Shown piece by piece: positions 1 through 9,107 of a stretch of 64,000 nucleotides of DNA. The notes beneath the pieces are model-generated. The model saw only the letters and a list, made by a program, of their open reading frames with translations, was not told the origin of the DNA and ran no database searches. Location: sequence record PZ357121.2; one strand, written 5' to 3'. This DNA comes from a phage. How positions within the stretch are numbered: the stretch's first letter is position 1; every line of letters begins with the position of its first letter. The position numbers and the translations under genes were made by a program.

Positions 1-72
1 ATAACAAAAGGCCATTGAGCAAAGTTACTTAATGCACATGACGGCCATTTGAAATTGCTTCTTATTTCTAAT

Positions 73-285
73 TCAGACATCTTTAACACTTATAATTTCA
101 ACATCGGCCCAATGACCGTAACTAGGCAGACGGTCTTCAATAGATAAACCACCGTCATTTTTAAGCATTTTAATTGTCTTGATAAACGGTTCATCCTGTG
201 GATGAATAGGCGAGCAGTCAGTCACACGATAAGTAACTTCAACCATTTCCGTGCCTAACAATTTCTGGATTAGTTTATTCAACAT
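73..285 (-). CDS. hypothetical protein (gene 30.x region)
   Basis: 70-aa ORF in the co-directional minus-strand early block; no recognisable domain. Confidence 0.45.
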   Translation of the reverse strand: MLNKLIQKLLGTEMVEVTYRVTDCSPIHPQDEPFIKTIKMLKNDGGLSIEDRLPSYGHWADVEIISVKDV

Positions 286-286
286 A

Positions 287-481
287 TTATCCTCGCTTTA
301 AACATTTGATTACAGACAGTTCACCACCCATGCGAACGTCTTCAGTTCCATCGACCCATAGGACGGTGTAGGCTTCTTTAATTTGAGTATTACCTAATTT
401 AAAAGCAGGTAGAACCTTTGAAATCATTCCAGGAATACCTATGCCTTTTAACTGGACCGTTTGCGATAAAAATAGTTGCAT
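287..481 (-). CDS. hypothetical protein
   Basis: 64-aa ORF tightly packed with neighbours on the same strand. Confidence 0.4.
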   Translation of the reverse strand: MQLFLSQTVQLKGIGIPGMISKVLPAFKLGNTQIKEAYTVLWVDGTEDVRMGGELSVIKCLKRG

Positions 482-801
482 TAGAACCTCATCTGGAAAC
501 CGTGTGATTTAACATTACCACCGTAGATGTCAGAGGTATTGACTTCACGGGCGACACTTGGGTCGATATTGACACCACGGTTGAGCTTAGTGATTGCCAG
601 GGTATCACGTCCATTAACAGTACGGAATTCTACCGGGCATACAACATCAGCATAAGCCTTAATAGATTCACGAGTAGGTTGTTTGTCAGCAGGAACATCT
701 TTACCCGCTTTAGAGAAAACAACTTCACAGAAATTTTTACGAGTATCAAAATAAGTGGTCATAAACATAATATTTTCCTCAAAGGAGGCCGAAGCCTCCA
801 T
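481..801 (-). CDS. hypothetical protein
   Basis: 106-aa ORF, stop/start junction with the upstream ORF; no domain recognised. Confidence 0.5.
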   Translation of the reverse strand: MEASASFEENIMFMTTYFDTRKNFCEVVFSKAGKDVPADKQPTRESIKAYADVVCPVEFRTVNGRDTLAITKLNRGVNIDPSVAREVNTSDIYGGNVKSHGFQMRF

Positions 802-809
802 TTTTAAGA

Positions 810-1175
810 TTAGATATCGAATTCGTTCAGAACTACATCAAAGATTGCTTCCAGGTGTTCAGGTTTAGCTCGATTGCTCAGGATGTGACGAATCCAAGTT
901 TTGACCAGAAGCTTACGATTAACACCGTTCCAGCAAGGATGGGTACCTAAATCACGTTGACGGAAATCGTCATCTAATGCAATTTTGAAGTTGGAACCTT
1001 CCATCGTGATTGAAACCGTGATGCCATTTTCAAATCGCATATAAACATAATTAGGAGCCATGCACTGCTCAATTTCACATACTGAACCATTTTTATGCTT
1101 CCACAAACAAACCATATCGATAGAACCAGCGATACCGTTAGAAACATATTTGCGTTCGAAGTTGGTGTAGTTCAT
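810..1175 (-). CDS. hypothetical protein
   Basis: 121-aa ORF immediately downstream of an early-type promoter (1204-1245). Confidence 0.55.
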   Translation of the reverse strand: MNYTNFERKYVSNGIAGSIDMVCLWKHKNGSVCEIEQCMAPNYVYMRFENGITVSITMEGSNFKIALDDDFRQRDLGTHPCWNGVNRKLLVKTWIRHILSNRAKPEHLEAIFDVVLNEFDI

Positions 1176-1203
1176 TTTATTCTCCAGATGTTTAAGTTGT
1201 TTG

Positions 1204-1245
1204 TTGGTACAGGTCTATAATAACAAAACCTGTACCAAAGTAAAC
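1204..1245 (-). promoter_or_regulatory. T4-type early promoter with flanking inverted repeat
   Basis: Minus strand reads GTTTAC (plus 1240-1245), 17-nt spacer, TATTAT (plus 1217-1222); inverted repeat ttggtacagg (1204-1213) / cctgtaccaa (1229-1238) brackets the -10. Confidence 0.5.
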
Positions 1246-1249
1246 ATTT

Positions 1250-1621
1250 TTATTTGATTTTTGTCCACTTAGCTGAATCAATAACACCTTTTGCTTTAAT
1301 CTTCTCGATTAATGACTCTGCACGATTTCTGGCATTTTCGTACCATACAACATCTTCAGAGTAACCAGTTTCTTCATCTTCGTAAGTTTTAGAACGAATA
1401 CAACCATAAACTGTAGAATTCAGACGGTAAATTTCACCAGTGAAAAAGTTTTCGATTTCGATATGATAACAAAAATCGTCTGAAGGGCCATCAGGAGTTG
1501 TACAATAAACTACATCACCTTGAACCGAACGAACCATCCACTGTAACTCGTTAACAACTTGAGATTTATATCCATCATGGTCACGGCATTTAATTGTAGC
1601 ATTTAAATTGATAGTGTTCAT
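1250..1621 (-). CDS. hypothetical protein
   Basis: 123-aa ORF; early-type promoter just upstream (1660-1691). Confidence 0.55.
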   Translation of the reverse strand: MNTINLNATIKCRDHDGYKSQVVNELQWMVRSVQGDVVYCTTPDGPSDDFCYHIEIENFFTGEIYRLNSTVYGCIRSKTYEDEETGYSEDVVWYENARNRAESLIEKIKAKGVIDSAKWTKIK

Positions 1622-1659
1622 TTTATTCTCCGGTTGTTTTATTGATTAGGTGGTACAAG

Positions 1660-1691
1660 TCTATAGTAACACATCCTACAGGAGAGTAAAC
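1660..1691 (-). promoter_or_regulatory. T4-type early promoter
   Basis: gtaaac at 1686-1691 (GTTTAC on minus), about 17 nt from a TACTAT-like -10 (plus tatagt 1663-1668). Confidence 0.4.
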
Positions 1692-1727
1692 ATCTTTTTA
1701 AACTTTTTCTGCCCTAAACGCACAAAA

Positions 1728-1745
1728 GGGAGACCGAAGTCTCCC
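1728..1745 (-). terminator. intrinsic terminator hairpin
   Basis: Perfect palindrome gggagaccgaagtctccc; on the minus strand it is followed by a T-run and lies just after the stop of the small gene 1751-1930. Confidence 0.6.
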
Positions 1746-1750
1746 TAAAA

Positions 1751-1930
1751 TTATGCAACAACCTTTCCAAAACGAGAAGCATCATCTCGAAGAACTGCAC
1801 GTGCTCTGCGCATGATCTTCTCAACGGTTTGATTAATACGAGAGTTCGACCCACGCTTGTATCCAGCGCGTTTAGAGGTACCATCAACTTTCTTTTCAAC
1901 TGCTTTCTTTGCTTTAGCTTGTTTTGCCAT
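1751..1930 (-). CDS. small highly basic protein (59 aa), absent from the ORF track
   Basis: ATG at 1930 with AAGAG upstream, 60 codons, stop at 1751-1753 directly followed by the terminator hairpin; translation MAKQAKAKKAVEKK...; the overlapping track ORF 1714-1899 is in another frame and probably spurious. Confidence 0.5.
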   Translation of the reverse strand: MAKQAKAKKAVEKKVDGTSKRAGYKRGSNSRINQTVEKIMRRARAVLRDDASRFGKVVA

Positions 1931-2295
1931 TATAAATTCTCTTTAAATGAAAATGCAGGACTTATTGACATTGCCTGCTCAAGCCCTCAAGGGGAACATA
2001 GGTTTTGGATATTTAACGACAGGATAACCATAAACCCGTCATCATACCTTATAGCTCTTATCTGTTGCACACCGTTAGCTTAAAGGTTCCGGGTTCGATT
2101 TCTCGAGGATAAGATATATACTGATGGATATATAGGCCTTGAGGCGTACTCCCGATTGGCCATCACCTCGGGGTAGCATGCACTTGCCGCTATAAGAATA
2201 ACATTCAAGAGGTACACCGTAAAACTGCCGGGGTCTTAAAACTATAATGATTCGCAAATCATTAATCAGACAGTTCGACGGCTCCTCGATTTAAC

Positions 2296-2544
2296 TTACT
2301 TCAGGGTAATAACAAAATGACGAACTGCTTTACGTGCGGCAGAAGCCAGAGGCTTAGCATATTTCAATTCATCTTTCTGGACCAGGATATCGCGAAGATC
2401 GGCTTGTGCTGGATTCAGATGTTTGAAATACTGTAAGATTTCAAGAGCTTCGGCTTCAACATCAATAGATGCACCGTAATTGTCATGGCCATTATTCCAT
2501 GCATGGCGTTGCAGTTCAAGAGCGTGTTGTAATTGTTTAATCAT
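2296..2544 (-). CDS. rIII: rIII lysis-inhibition accessory protein
   Basis: 82 aa, near-identical to T4 rIII as I recall it (MIKQLQHALELQR...VRHFVITLK); correct position upstream of gene 31. Confidence 0.9.
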   Translation of the reverse strand: MIKQLQHALELQRHAWNNGHDNYGASIDVEAEALEILQYFKHLNPAQADLRDILVQKDELKYAKPLASAARKAVRHFVITLK

Positions 2545-2668
2545 TTTAAATTCTCAATTCGAGATAATATTTAGTAGCCACGTTCTTCTGAATTTCACCT
2601 TCTTTCGACAAGTCTCTCAGTTGTAGGCTACCGCTTAGAAGAGTGTTCTCTTCATATAGTTATTTATA

Positions 2669-3001
2669 TCACTTATAAAGACACGGAATAGCTTTATAGT
2701 GGCATGTTACGAATTTCTGTTTAATTTCTTTAGGTTGTTTAAGACCTAAAGCCACAAATGGATGTGGAACATTTCGAATTTGTCCAACTGGTAGTGGAGT
2801 CAAATCACCGACTTCAACAAAACCTTCAGGAACATCAGGACCTACAGAATGAACTACACATAGTTCAGGAACTTCACCTTGAACACGTTTACCAATCACA
2901 AGTCCTGATTCTGTAACTTCTTCATCACCTGCTTGAGCGGGTTCAGAAACCAGAATGACATATTCACCAACAGCACGAATTGGGAGTTGTACTTCAGACA
3001 T
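2669..3001 (-). CDS. 31: gp31 co-chaperonin (GroES analogue for capsid folding)
   Basis: 110 aa, near-identical to T4 gp31 ([29 protein letters not shown]...). Confidence 0.95.
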   Translation of the reverse strand: MSEVQLPIRAVGEYVILVSEPAQAGDEEVTESGLVIGKRVQGEVPELCVVHSVGPDVPEGFVEVGDLTPLPVGQIRNVPHPFVALGLKQPKEIKQKFVTCHYKAIPCLYK

Positions 3002-3058
3002 CTTATTTCCTTGTTGTTTGACGATAGATTAATAATACCATACTATTCGTAAAGCATA

Positions 3059-3367
3059 TTACATAAGAAGCAAACGTTCTACAGGAGTACCATCAACCGA
3101 AATTACTTTATCAAGGCGGAAAGAACGCCACTGACCTAACTTGGTATCGAATGCTCGAACTGATTCACGAGGTTCATAACGAACTTCTGTTGCCGGATTG
3201 TTATTTTCATATTTGACTTCAAGTTCATCACGAGAAGCAAACATCGTGCGAACATCACCATTAGCCTTTTCAAATATAACACAATGAACGCCTACAGACA
3301 GAATAGTTTTAATACGTTCACGAAGAACCATAGTTTCTTGTTCAGTTAAAATCATATTATTCACCAC
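3059..3367 (-). CDS. hypothetical protein (31.1-like position)
   Basis: 102-aa ORF between gene 31 and cd, same strand. Confidence 0.55.
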   Translation of the reverse strand: MVNNMILTEQETMVLRERIKTILSVGVHCVIFEKANGDVRTMFASRDELEVKYENNNPATEVRYEPRESVRAFDTKLGQWRSFRLDKVISVDGTPVERLLLM

Positions 3368-3938
3368 AAAAGTTTCGGATTTGTTCCCAATTCAGAGAAC
3401 GAAGATTATTACGAGAGTACTGAATTACTTCAATACCGGCTTGTTTAAGAATGTCTGCCCAATTTTCAGGAGATCTGTCATATAACTCAGCGTATACAAC
3501 CTTTTTAATACCTGACTGCGTAATAGCTTTAGTGCAATCAGGACATGGAGAAAGCGTAGTATATAACGTAGCACCTTCAATAGAATTACCTTTACGAGCT
3601 GCAAATAAAATTGCATTCAATTCTGCATGGATTTCGTTATTAGCAGACCATGCACTATGAGCAGCCCGATGTTCTTTAGCCAAAACAAAATTATCTGCCC
3701 GTCCAAATGCTGTAGTACCTTCTTTATGACCAGCAACGATGACCGGGCTTGGTTTATTCTTCAACCAACCGTTTTCGGATGCATGTTCGCAACAGTTTGT
3801 ACCACCTGAAGGAGAGCCATTATAACCTGTAGAAATAATGCGTCCATCTTTTTCAATGACTGCGCCAACTTTCCATGAACAACATTTTGATTCTTGAGAA
3901 ATCAGATATGCAATCTGAAGGTATGTGCTAGCTTTCAT
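3357..3938 (-). CDS. cd: dCMP deaminase
   Basis: 193 aa with zinc-dependent cytidine/dCMP deaminase motifs HAE (HAELNAILFAARKG) and PCxxC (SPCPDCTKAI); T4 cd position. Confidence 0.9.
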   Translation of the reverse strand: MKASTYLQIAYLISQESKCCSWKVGAVIEKDGRIISTGYNGSPSGGTNCCEHASENGWLKNKPSPVIVAGHKEGTTAFGRADNFVLAKEHRAAHSAWSANNEIHAELNAILFAARKGNSIEGATLYTTLSPCPDCTKAITQSGIKKVVYAELYDRSPENWADILKQAGIEVIQYSRNNLRSLNWEQIRNFCGE

Positions 3939-4930
3939 TATTGAACCTTATTAATATAAGTTAACAGCTCTTTAGTTTGTTCCCAACTGATGCACGCATC
4001 GGTAATGGAAACGCCATAGGACATATTATCAGAAATTTTTTGATTTCCTTCATGTAGGAACGATTCTATCATAATTCCTTTGACCAAATCATTAGATGCT
4101 AAATTTTTACCAATACCAATTTGATTGCTATAATGCCCAGCAGCGTTTGCATGGCTACAGTCAACCATTACATAATGATTCAGACCTACTGCACTTGCTT
4201 TGTTAGAAGCTTCTTGAATATCAGAAGAATGATAGTTCGGGCCGTTAGTCCCACCACGCAATACGATATGCGTATTCTGATTACCTTCAGCTTCAACAAT
4301 GCCTACAGTACCATCGACGTCCATACCCATATACCGATGAGGCCAGGCGGCACTATACATCGCGTCTGTAGCTACTTTAATAGAACCATTGGTTGCGTTC
4401 TTGAAGCCTACGCACATCGGTAGACCTGAAGCAATTTCACGATGTGTCTGACTTTCAGTCGTACGGGCGCCAATAGCAACCCATGAGAAAATACCAGAAA
4501 GATACTTAATCGTGAATGGGTCTAATACTTCAGTTGCTAATGGAAGTCCCATACGTAGAAGTTTACGACACAATGTTCGTGCAACTATAAGACCGTGGTT
4601 CATATCAAAACTTCCGTCAAGATATGGATCATTTACAAGACCTTTCCAACCTACGGTAGTTCGAGGCTTTTCAAAATAAACGCGCATCACTAACAGAACA
4701 TTAGGAAGACGAGTTTGAAGTTCAGCCAGACGTTTGCCGTATTCAACAGCAGCAATAGGGTCATGAATTGAACAAGGACCTACAACAATAAGTTTGCGTG
4801 GGTCTTCACCATTCATAATCGAATTAACTTGTTCGCGATGAGAAGCCACTTGTGATGCGTAAGCTTCCGACAAAGGAATAATCTCAGCCAGTTCTTTTGG
4901 AGAAATAAGTTTTCCGACGACAGGTAACAT
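3938..4930 (-). CDS. 3-deoxy-D-arabino-heptulosonate-7-phosphate (DAHP) synthase, class I AroG/AroF-like
   Basis: 330 aa with strong AroG-like blocks: VVGPCSIHDP, MRVYFEKPRTTVGWKGLVNDP, WVAIGARTTESQTHRE, GFKN, IVLRGG; start has AAGGA RBS; not part of the T4 gene set. Confidence 0.85.
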   Translation of the reverse strand: MLPVVGKLISPKELAEIIPLSEAYASQVASHREQVNSIMNGEDPRKLIVVGPCSIHDPIAAVEYGKRLAELQTRLPNVLLVMRVYFEKPRTTVGWKGLVNDPYLDGSFDMNHGLIVARTLCRKLLRMGLPLATEVLDPFTIKYLSGIFSWVAIGARTTESQTHREIASGLPMCVGFKNATNGSIKVATDAMYSAAWPHRYMGMDVDGTVGIVEAEGNQNTHIVLRGGTNGPNYHSSDIQEASNKASAVGLNHYVMVDCSHANAAGHYSNQIGIGKNLASNDLVKGIMIESFLHEGNQKISDNMSYGVSITDACISWEQTKELLTYINKVQ

Positions 4931-5050
4931 AACAATCCTTAGGAGATATAAACAGATTCTGATTCAACAATACCTTTAACCGGATTAGACAGGCTAAGTT
5001 GGTAGTGCTCAGATTTATGACCATTCTCGATAGTAATGAGATAACTCTCA

Positions 5051-5287
5051 TTATAGTGTTCCGTATACTCGAGTTGCTTCAACAAGACCATCACTGCCTA
5101 ATTTAAGATTAGTAATTTGGTCACCATCTTTAGGATTAACGATTACGAGAAAAGAACGTGGAGATTCTTGAATAACTCGTAATGTTGCATCTTGGAAACG
5201 TTCAGACACTTTATTGATGAGTGCTTGAGCAAATTCTTTTACTTTAATCTGAAATTCGTGTACTGTAATTGGGTTTTCACTTAGCAT
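5051..5287 (-). CDS. hypothetical protein
   Basis: 78-aa ORF on the gene strand. Confidence 0.5.
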   Translation of the reverse strand: MLSENPITVHEFQIKVKEFAQALINKVSERFQDATLRVIQESPRSFLVIVNPKDGDQITNLKLGSDGLVEATRVYGTL

Positions 5288-5347
5288 TTCTATTTCCTCA
5301 TTTGTTGGTAGAGTTATAGTATCACAACTCCACCGTGTTGTAAACCA

Positions 5348-5623
5348 TTAAATTGCTTTGCATTCAATTTTTTGTGTACCGAAATTGATATCACATTGGA
5401 TAACTAAATCGCCGTCAAGATCAAATACCACTATGACGTGTGCAGACCCAGGGAGAAGAGTAATAGCAATAGAATCTACTTAGTCTGGGAGCAAAGCATT
5501 GAGTACATGAGTTAGTTGAGCATGAACTCTGAGTTCGGCTGCATTATCAAGCACTTCAAACATATTATTAGCAATAATCTGACTGAAGACTACCTTTACA
5601 ATTTCAGAATAAGTTGGGAACAT
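5348..5623 (-). pseudogene. small ORF interrupted by an in-frame TAA (possible pseudogene or read-through gene)
   Basis: ATG at 5623 with GAGGTAATT RBS, 46 codons to TAA at 5480-5482, then about 43 further sense codons in the same frame to a stop near 5348, ending right at an early-promoter gtaaac. Confidence 0.3.
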
Positions 5624-5630
5624 AATTACC

Positions 5631-5855
5631 TCAGTGTACAGTATTTACTTTAACTCGAACAACAAATCGCTCGGTCGGTTCACCTACAGGAACAAACTCT
5701 ACATGATATTCGCCTTTGTAACGAGTATTCAGATCATTACGAATTCCTGCGAGTTTGTTAATTAATGTAGGACTCATATTAAGTCCCACTAGTTTACGAA
5801 GCATTTTGTATGCTTCATCTTCGATTTCATGATGTTTATCGTACATAGTTTTCAT
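5631..5855 (-). CDS. hypothetical protein
   Basis: 74-aa ORF; its stop overlaps the RBS of the downstream small ORF. Confidence 0.5.
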   Translation of the reverse strand: MKTMYDKHHEIEDEAYKMLRKLVGLNMSPTLINKLAGIRNDLNTRYKGEYHVEFVPVGEPTERFVVRVKVNTVH

Positions 5856-6036
5856 TTAACCATTCAATTGCCTGGTCGACGTTATCAAATATACCGCCGT
5901 CTAAACGTTCTTCATGCTCATAGTCCAGCACATCAATACCGAACTGTCCATTTACTAAAGGCCGTACGCCGAAGAAAAAGCATTTACGTTTTTCAATTTC
6001 TTCGATTGTACGAAAAATCTTTTCGATATTATTCAT
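5836..6036 (-). CDS. hypothetical protein
   Basis: 66-aa ORF on the gene strand. Confidence 0.45.
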   Translation of the reverse strand: MNNIEKIFRTIEEIEKRKCFFFGVRPLVNGQFGIDVLDYEHEERLDGGIFDNVDQAIEWLNENYVR

Positions 6037-6763
6037 TAGTTTTCCATTTGCGGCCTAATTGCCAATCAGGATGGCTCAATCTAGGGTCGTTTTCATCTGT
6101 TGTAGAAGATTTCTTACCTGAAATATGGATAAGCCATTTTCTGGATTTAGCTGCTTTAGAATAGTTTTCTTTTGCCTCATCTGAACGAATCTTACCTTTA
6201 TTCGCTTTGGATATTTTATTACCCCATTCTATAATAGCTTCTTCGCTCATAAAATCTTTTACATTTTTACCGTACATAGGATTATTTTCGCCTTCAAATG
6301 AATTACCATTTTTAAGACGACTTTCTTTAGATTTAATCCCATGCCCTGGTAATTTCTTGCCTTTAATCCATGGCACGGCACCGTTTTTATATCTCTGTTT
6401 TTGTGTTTCTGAAATTTTTAATGAAGTTTCAGGACTGGAATTAACATTAATACGGTTTTCATTGATATAATCCCAGCCTCCTTCTCCGCCGGGTTTCAAA
6501 TTATAATTAGTATCCAATTTTATAAATTCTTTAGTTACTAATTCAGCTTCTAAATCATATGCTTCTTGTTTAGTTTCAAATATTTTTATGATTTCTTTAT
6601 TAAAAGAATCTTTACCATATTTTGATTCGGCATTTTTAAAAGCTGTACCGGAACCTAAATAAGAATCATTTTCTTTTAAGGTGGTCTTATGAACCCCTAT
6701 ATAAATTTTGTTGTTAACCAAACACGTGGTTTTATACACAGTGTATTTTTCCATTAGAATCAC
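6029..6763 (-). mobile_element. GIY-YIG homing endonuclease (Seg-like), free-standing
   Basis: N-terminal GIY-YIG module (KIYIGVHKT...YLGSG) followed by basic K/G-rich repeats typical of Seg DNA-binding tails; track start is GTG, probable true ATG at 6754 with GAGGTG RBS. Confidence 0.75.
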
Positions 6764-6772
6764 CTCTATAGA

Positions 6773-6780
6773 TATTTATA
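6773..6780 (-). promoter_or_regulatory. T4 late promoter (TATAAATA) for the GIY-YIG gene
   Basis: Plus tatttata = TATAAATA on minus, about 18 nt upstream of the ATG at 6754. Confidence 0.4.
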
Positions 6781-6801
6781 CTTAACTATGGAGATTTCTA
6801 A

Positions 6802-7888
<1,087 letters not shown>

Positions 7889-7889
<1 letters not shown>

Positions 7890-8191
7890 TATTTTATTCC
7901 TAAGAAAGCTTCAAGAATACGAATGTTGAGTTCGCGCCGGCCTTTATTAATTTCAGCAACGTTTTTATTAATTGACGTACTTCTAACGTTTGAAGAAATA
8001 AATTTAATCATATGACTTTTGAGTTGTTGCAAATCCAACCCTTTTTCTTTAGCAGCTTTACGAAGAGCTTTACCTGCTTCATCTAGTGCCTTTGCTGCAT
8101 CTTTGTCATAATTGACAAGTGACGACGTTCCACGGCAGATATCAATATACTCATCAGACCGTTTGATGTAATTCTCTAGTAATGTTTTCAT
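7889..8191 (-). CDS. hypothetical protein
   Basis: 100-aa ORF downstream of the promoter cassette at 8215-8249. Confidence 0.5.
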
Positions 8192-8214
8192 TTAGATTTC
8201 CTCAATTATCCATA

Positions 8215-8249
8215 GGAGCATTATACTCTGCTCCCGAGAGTTTGTAAAC
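8215..8249 (-). promoter_or_regulatory. early promoter with hairpin cassette
   Basis: Minus GTTTAC (plus 8244-8249), 18-nt spacer, TATAAT (plus 8220-8225); inverted repeat ggagca (8215-8220) / tgctcc (8229-8234) around the -10; near-identical copy at 37382-37417. Confidence 0.5.
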
Positions 8250-8473
8250 TATTTTACTAAAGATTCAATATACTCATGAAGAGCTTTAGTCGCTACTGCC
8301 CACTTATTCTGATATTCATTTTTCAGATTAGCACGAGACTGAACTAACAAGCGGTCATTAGTCGGAGGCAAAGATTCTAATCGTTGAATCTGGCGCCCAT
8401 AAATCATAGCCGCCATTTCAGATTCATAGATAAGCCCTTTAATGTATTCATGCTGTTCTTTAGTCATTGGCAT
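8249..8473 (-). CDS. hypothetical protein
   Basis: 74-aa ORF. Confidence 0.5.
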   Translation of the reverse strand: MPMTKEQHEYIKGLIYESEMAAMIYGRQIQRLESLPPTNDRLLVQSRANLKNEYQNKWAVATKALHEYIESLVK

Positions 8474-8754
8474 TTTTCCTCTTTTAAACCACTACGATAA
8501 TAACATAACATAGTCTTCTGGTCATGTATATATCTTTTTACGTCGTTTAACCAGATACGAAATTCTTGAGAGTCTTCAAATGGCATTCCAACCCACGGAT
8601 TACCATCAATAACCTTTACTTGCCATTTCTGGTTGTATTCTGAAATAGGCGTAGGCCATGAAGGATGTAAAGTTTCTTTAGGGCTTACTGGCACATCCTG
8701 AGTACATCCAACTAGGAGACCAATAGATAATACAGCCACAGTTAATTTAATCAT
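8464..8754 (-). CDS. putative lipoprotein
   Basis: N-terminal signal with lipobox-like LLVGC (MIKLTVAVLSIGLLVGCTQ). Confidence 0.5.
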   Translation of the reverse strand: MIKLTVAVLSIGLLVGCTQDVPVSPKETLHPSWPTPISEYNQKWQVKVIDGNPWVGMPFEDSQEFRIWLNDVKRYIHDQKTMLCYYRSGLKEEKCQ

Positions 8755-9107
8755 TCTGAGAGCTTCCTGAGGTCTTCTGCAAAGGAATCGAAGGACTTGT
8801 TGATTTGTTTTTCGACCAATCCTGGTTTACTTGCCACCACGTTCTTCTTCTTCGAATCCTTACGGAGCTTTTCATTTTCGGCCTTAAGTTGGTCAACTAA
8901 AACACGGTTCTTGTAAGTCATTTCTTCGATTGACCGATATTGAGCCTTGAAGTCGTCTAATACTTTAGCATTGTTTTTAGCGGTCTCTTTGACAGAAGCT
9001 AATTCAGTATTCAACGAATCAACTTTGTTGTTTAAGACAACTATTGTTACCGTAGAAACTAGAGCAAAAGCTGCTACTATAGCATAAATCGGATTTACTT
9101 TAAGCAT
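8751..9107 (-). CDS. membrane-anchored coiled-coil protein
   Basis: N-terminal hydrophobic helix (IYAIVAAFALVSTVTIVVL) followed by charged heptad-like sequence. Confidence 0.5.
   Translation of the reverse strand: MLKVNPIYAIVAAFALVSTVTIVVLNNKVDSLNTELASVKETAKNNAKVLDDFKAQYRSIEEMTYKNRVLVDQLKAENEKLRKDSKKKNVVASKPGLVEKQINKSFDSFAEDLRKLSE

Noticed and set aside
2075-2257. Possible tRNA gene, suggested by a T-loop-like ggttcgattt, and the 60-aa track ORF
   Set aside because: The flanking bases do not form a canonical 5-bp T-stem and no acceptor or anticodon arm could be built; the ORF has no RBS and an implausible composition.
3938-4930. Reading the AroG-like protein as a KDO-8-phosphate synthase (KdsA)
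   Set aside because: Its length (330 aa) and motifs (GPCSIHD, RVYFEKPRTTVGWKG) match class I DAHP synthase rather than the roughly 280-aa KdsA; substrate specificity remains untested.
4931-5050. Small ORF upstream of DAHP synthase running into its start
   Set aside because: It is in a different frame from, and overlaps, the DAHP synthase start with no RBS; more likely an untranslated leader.
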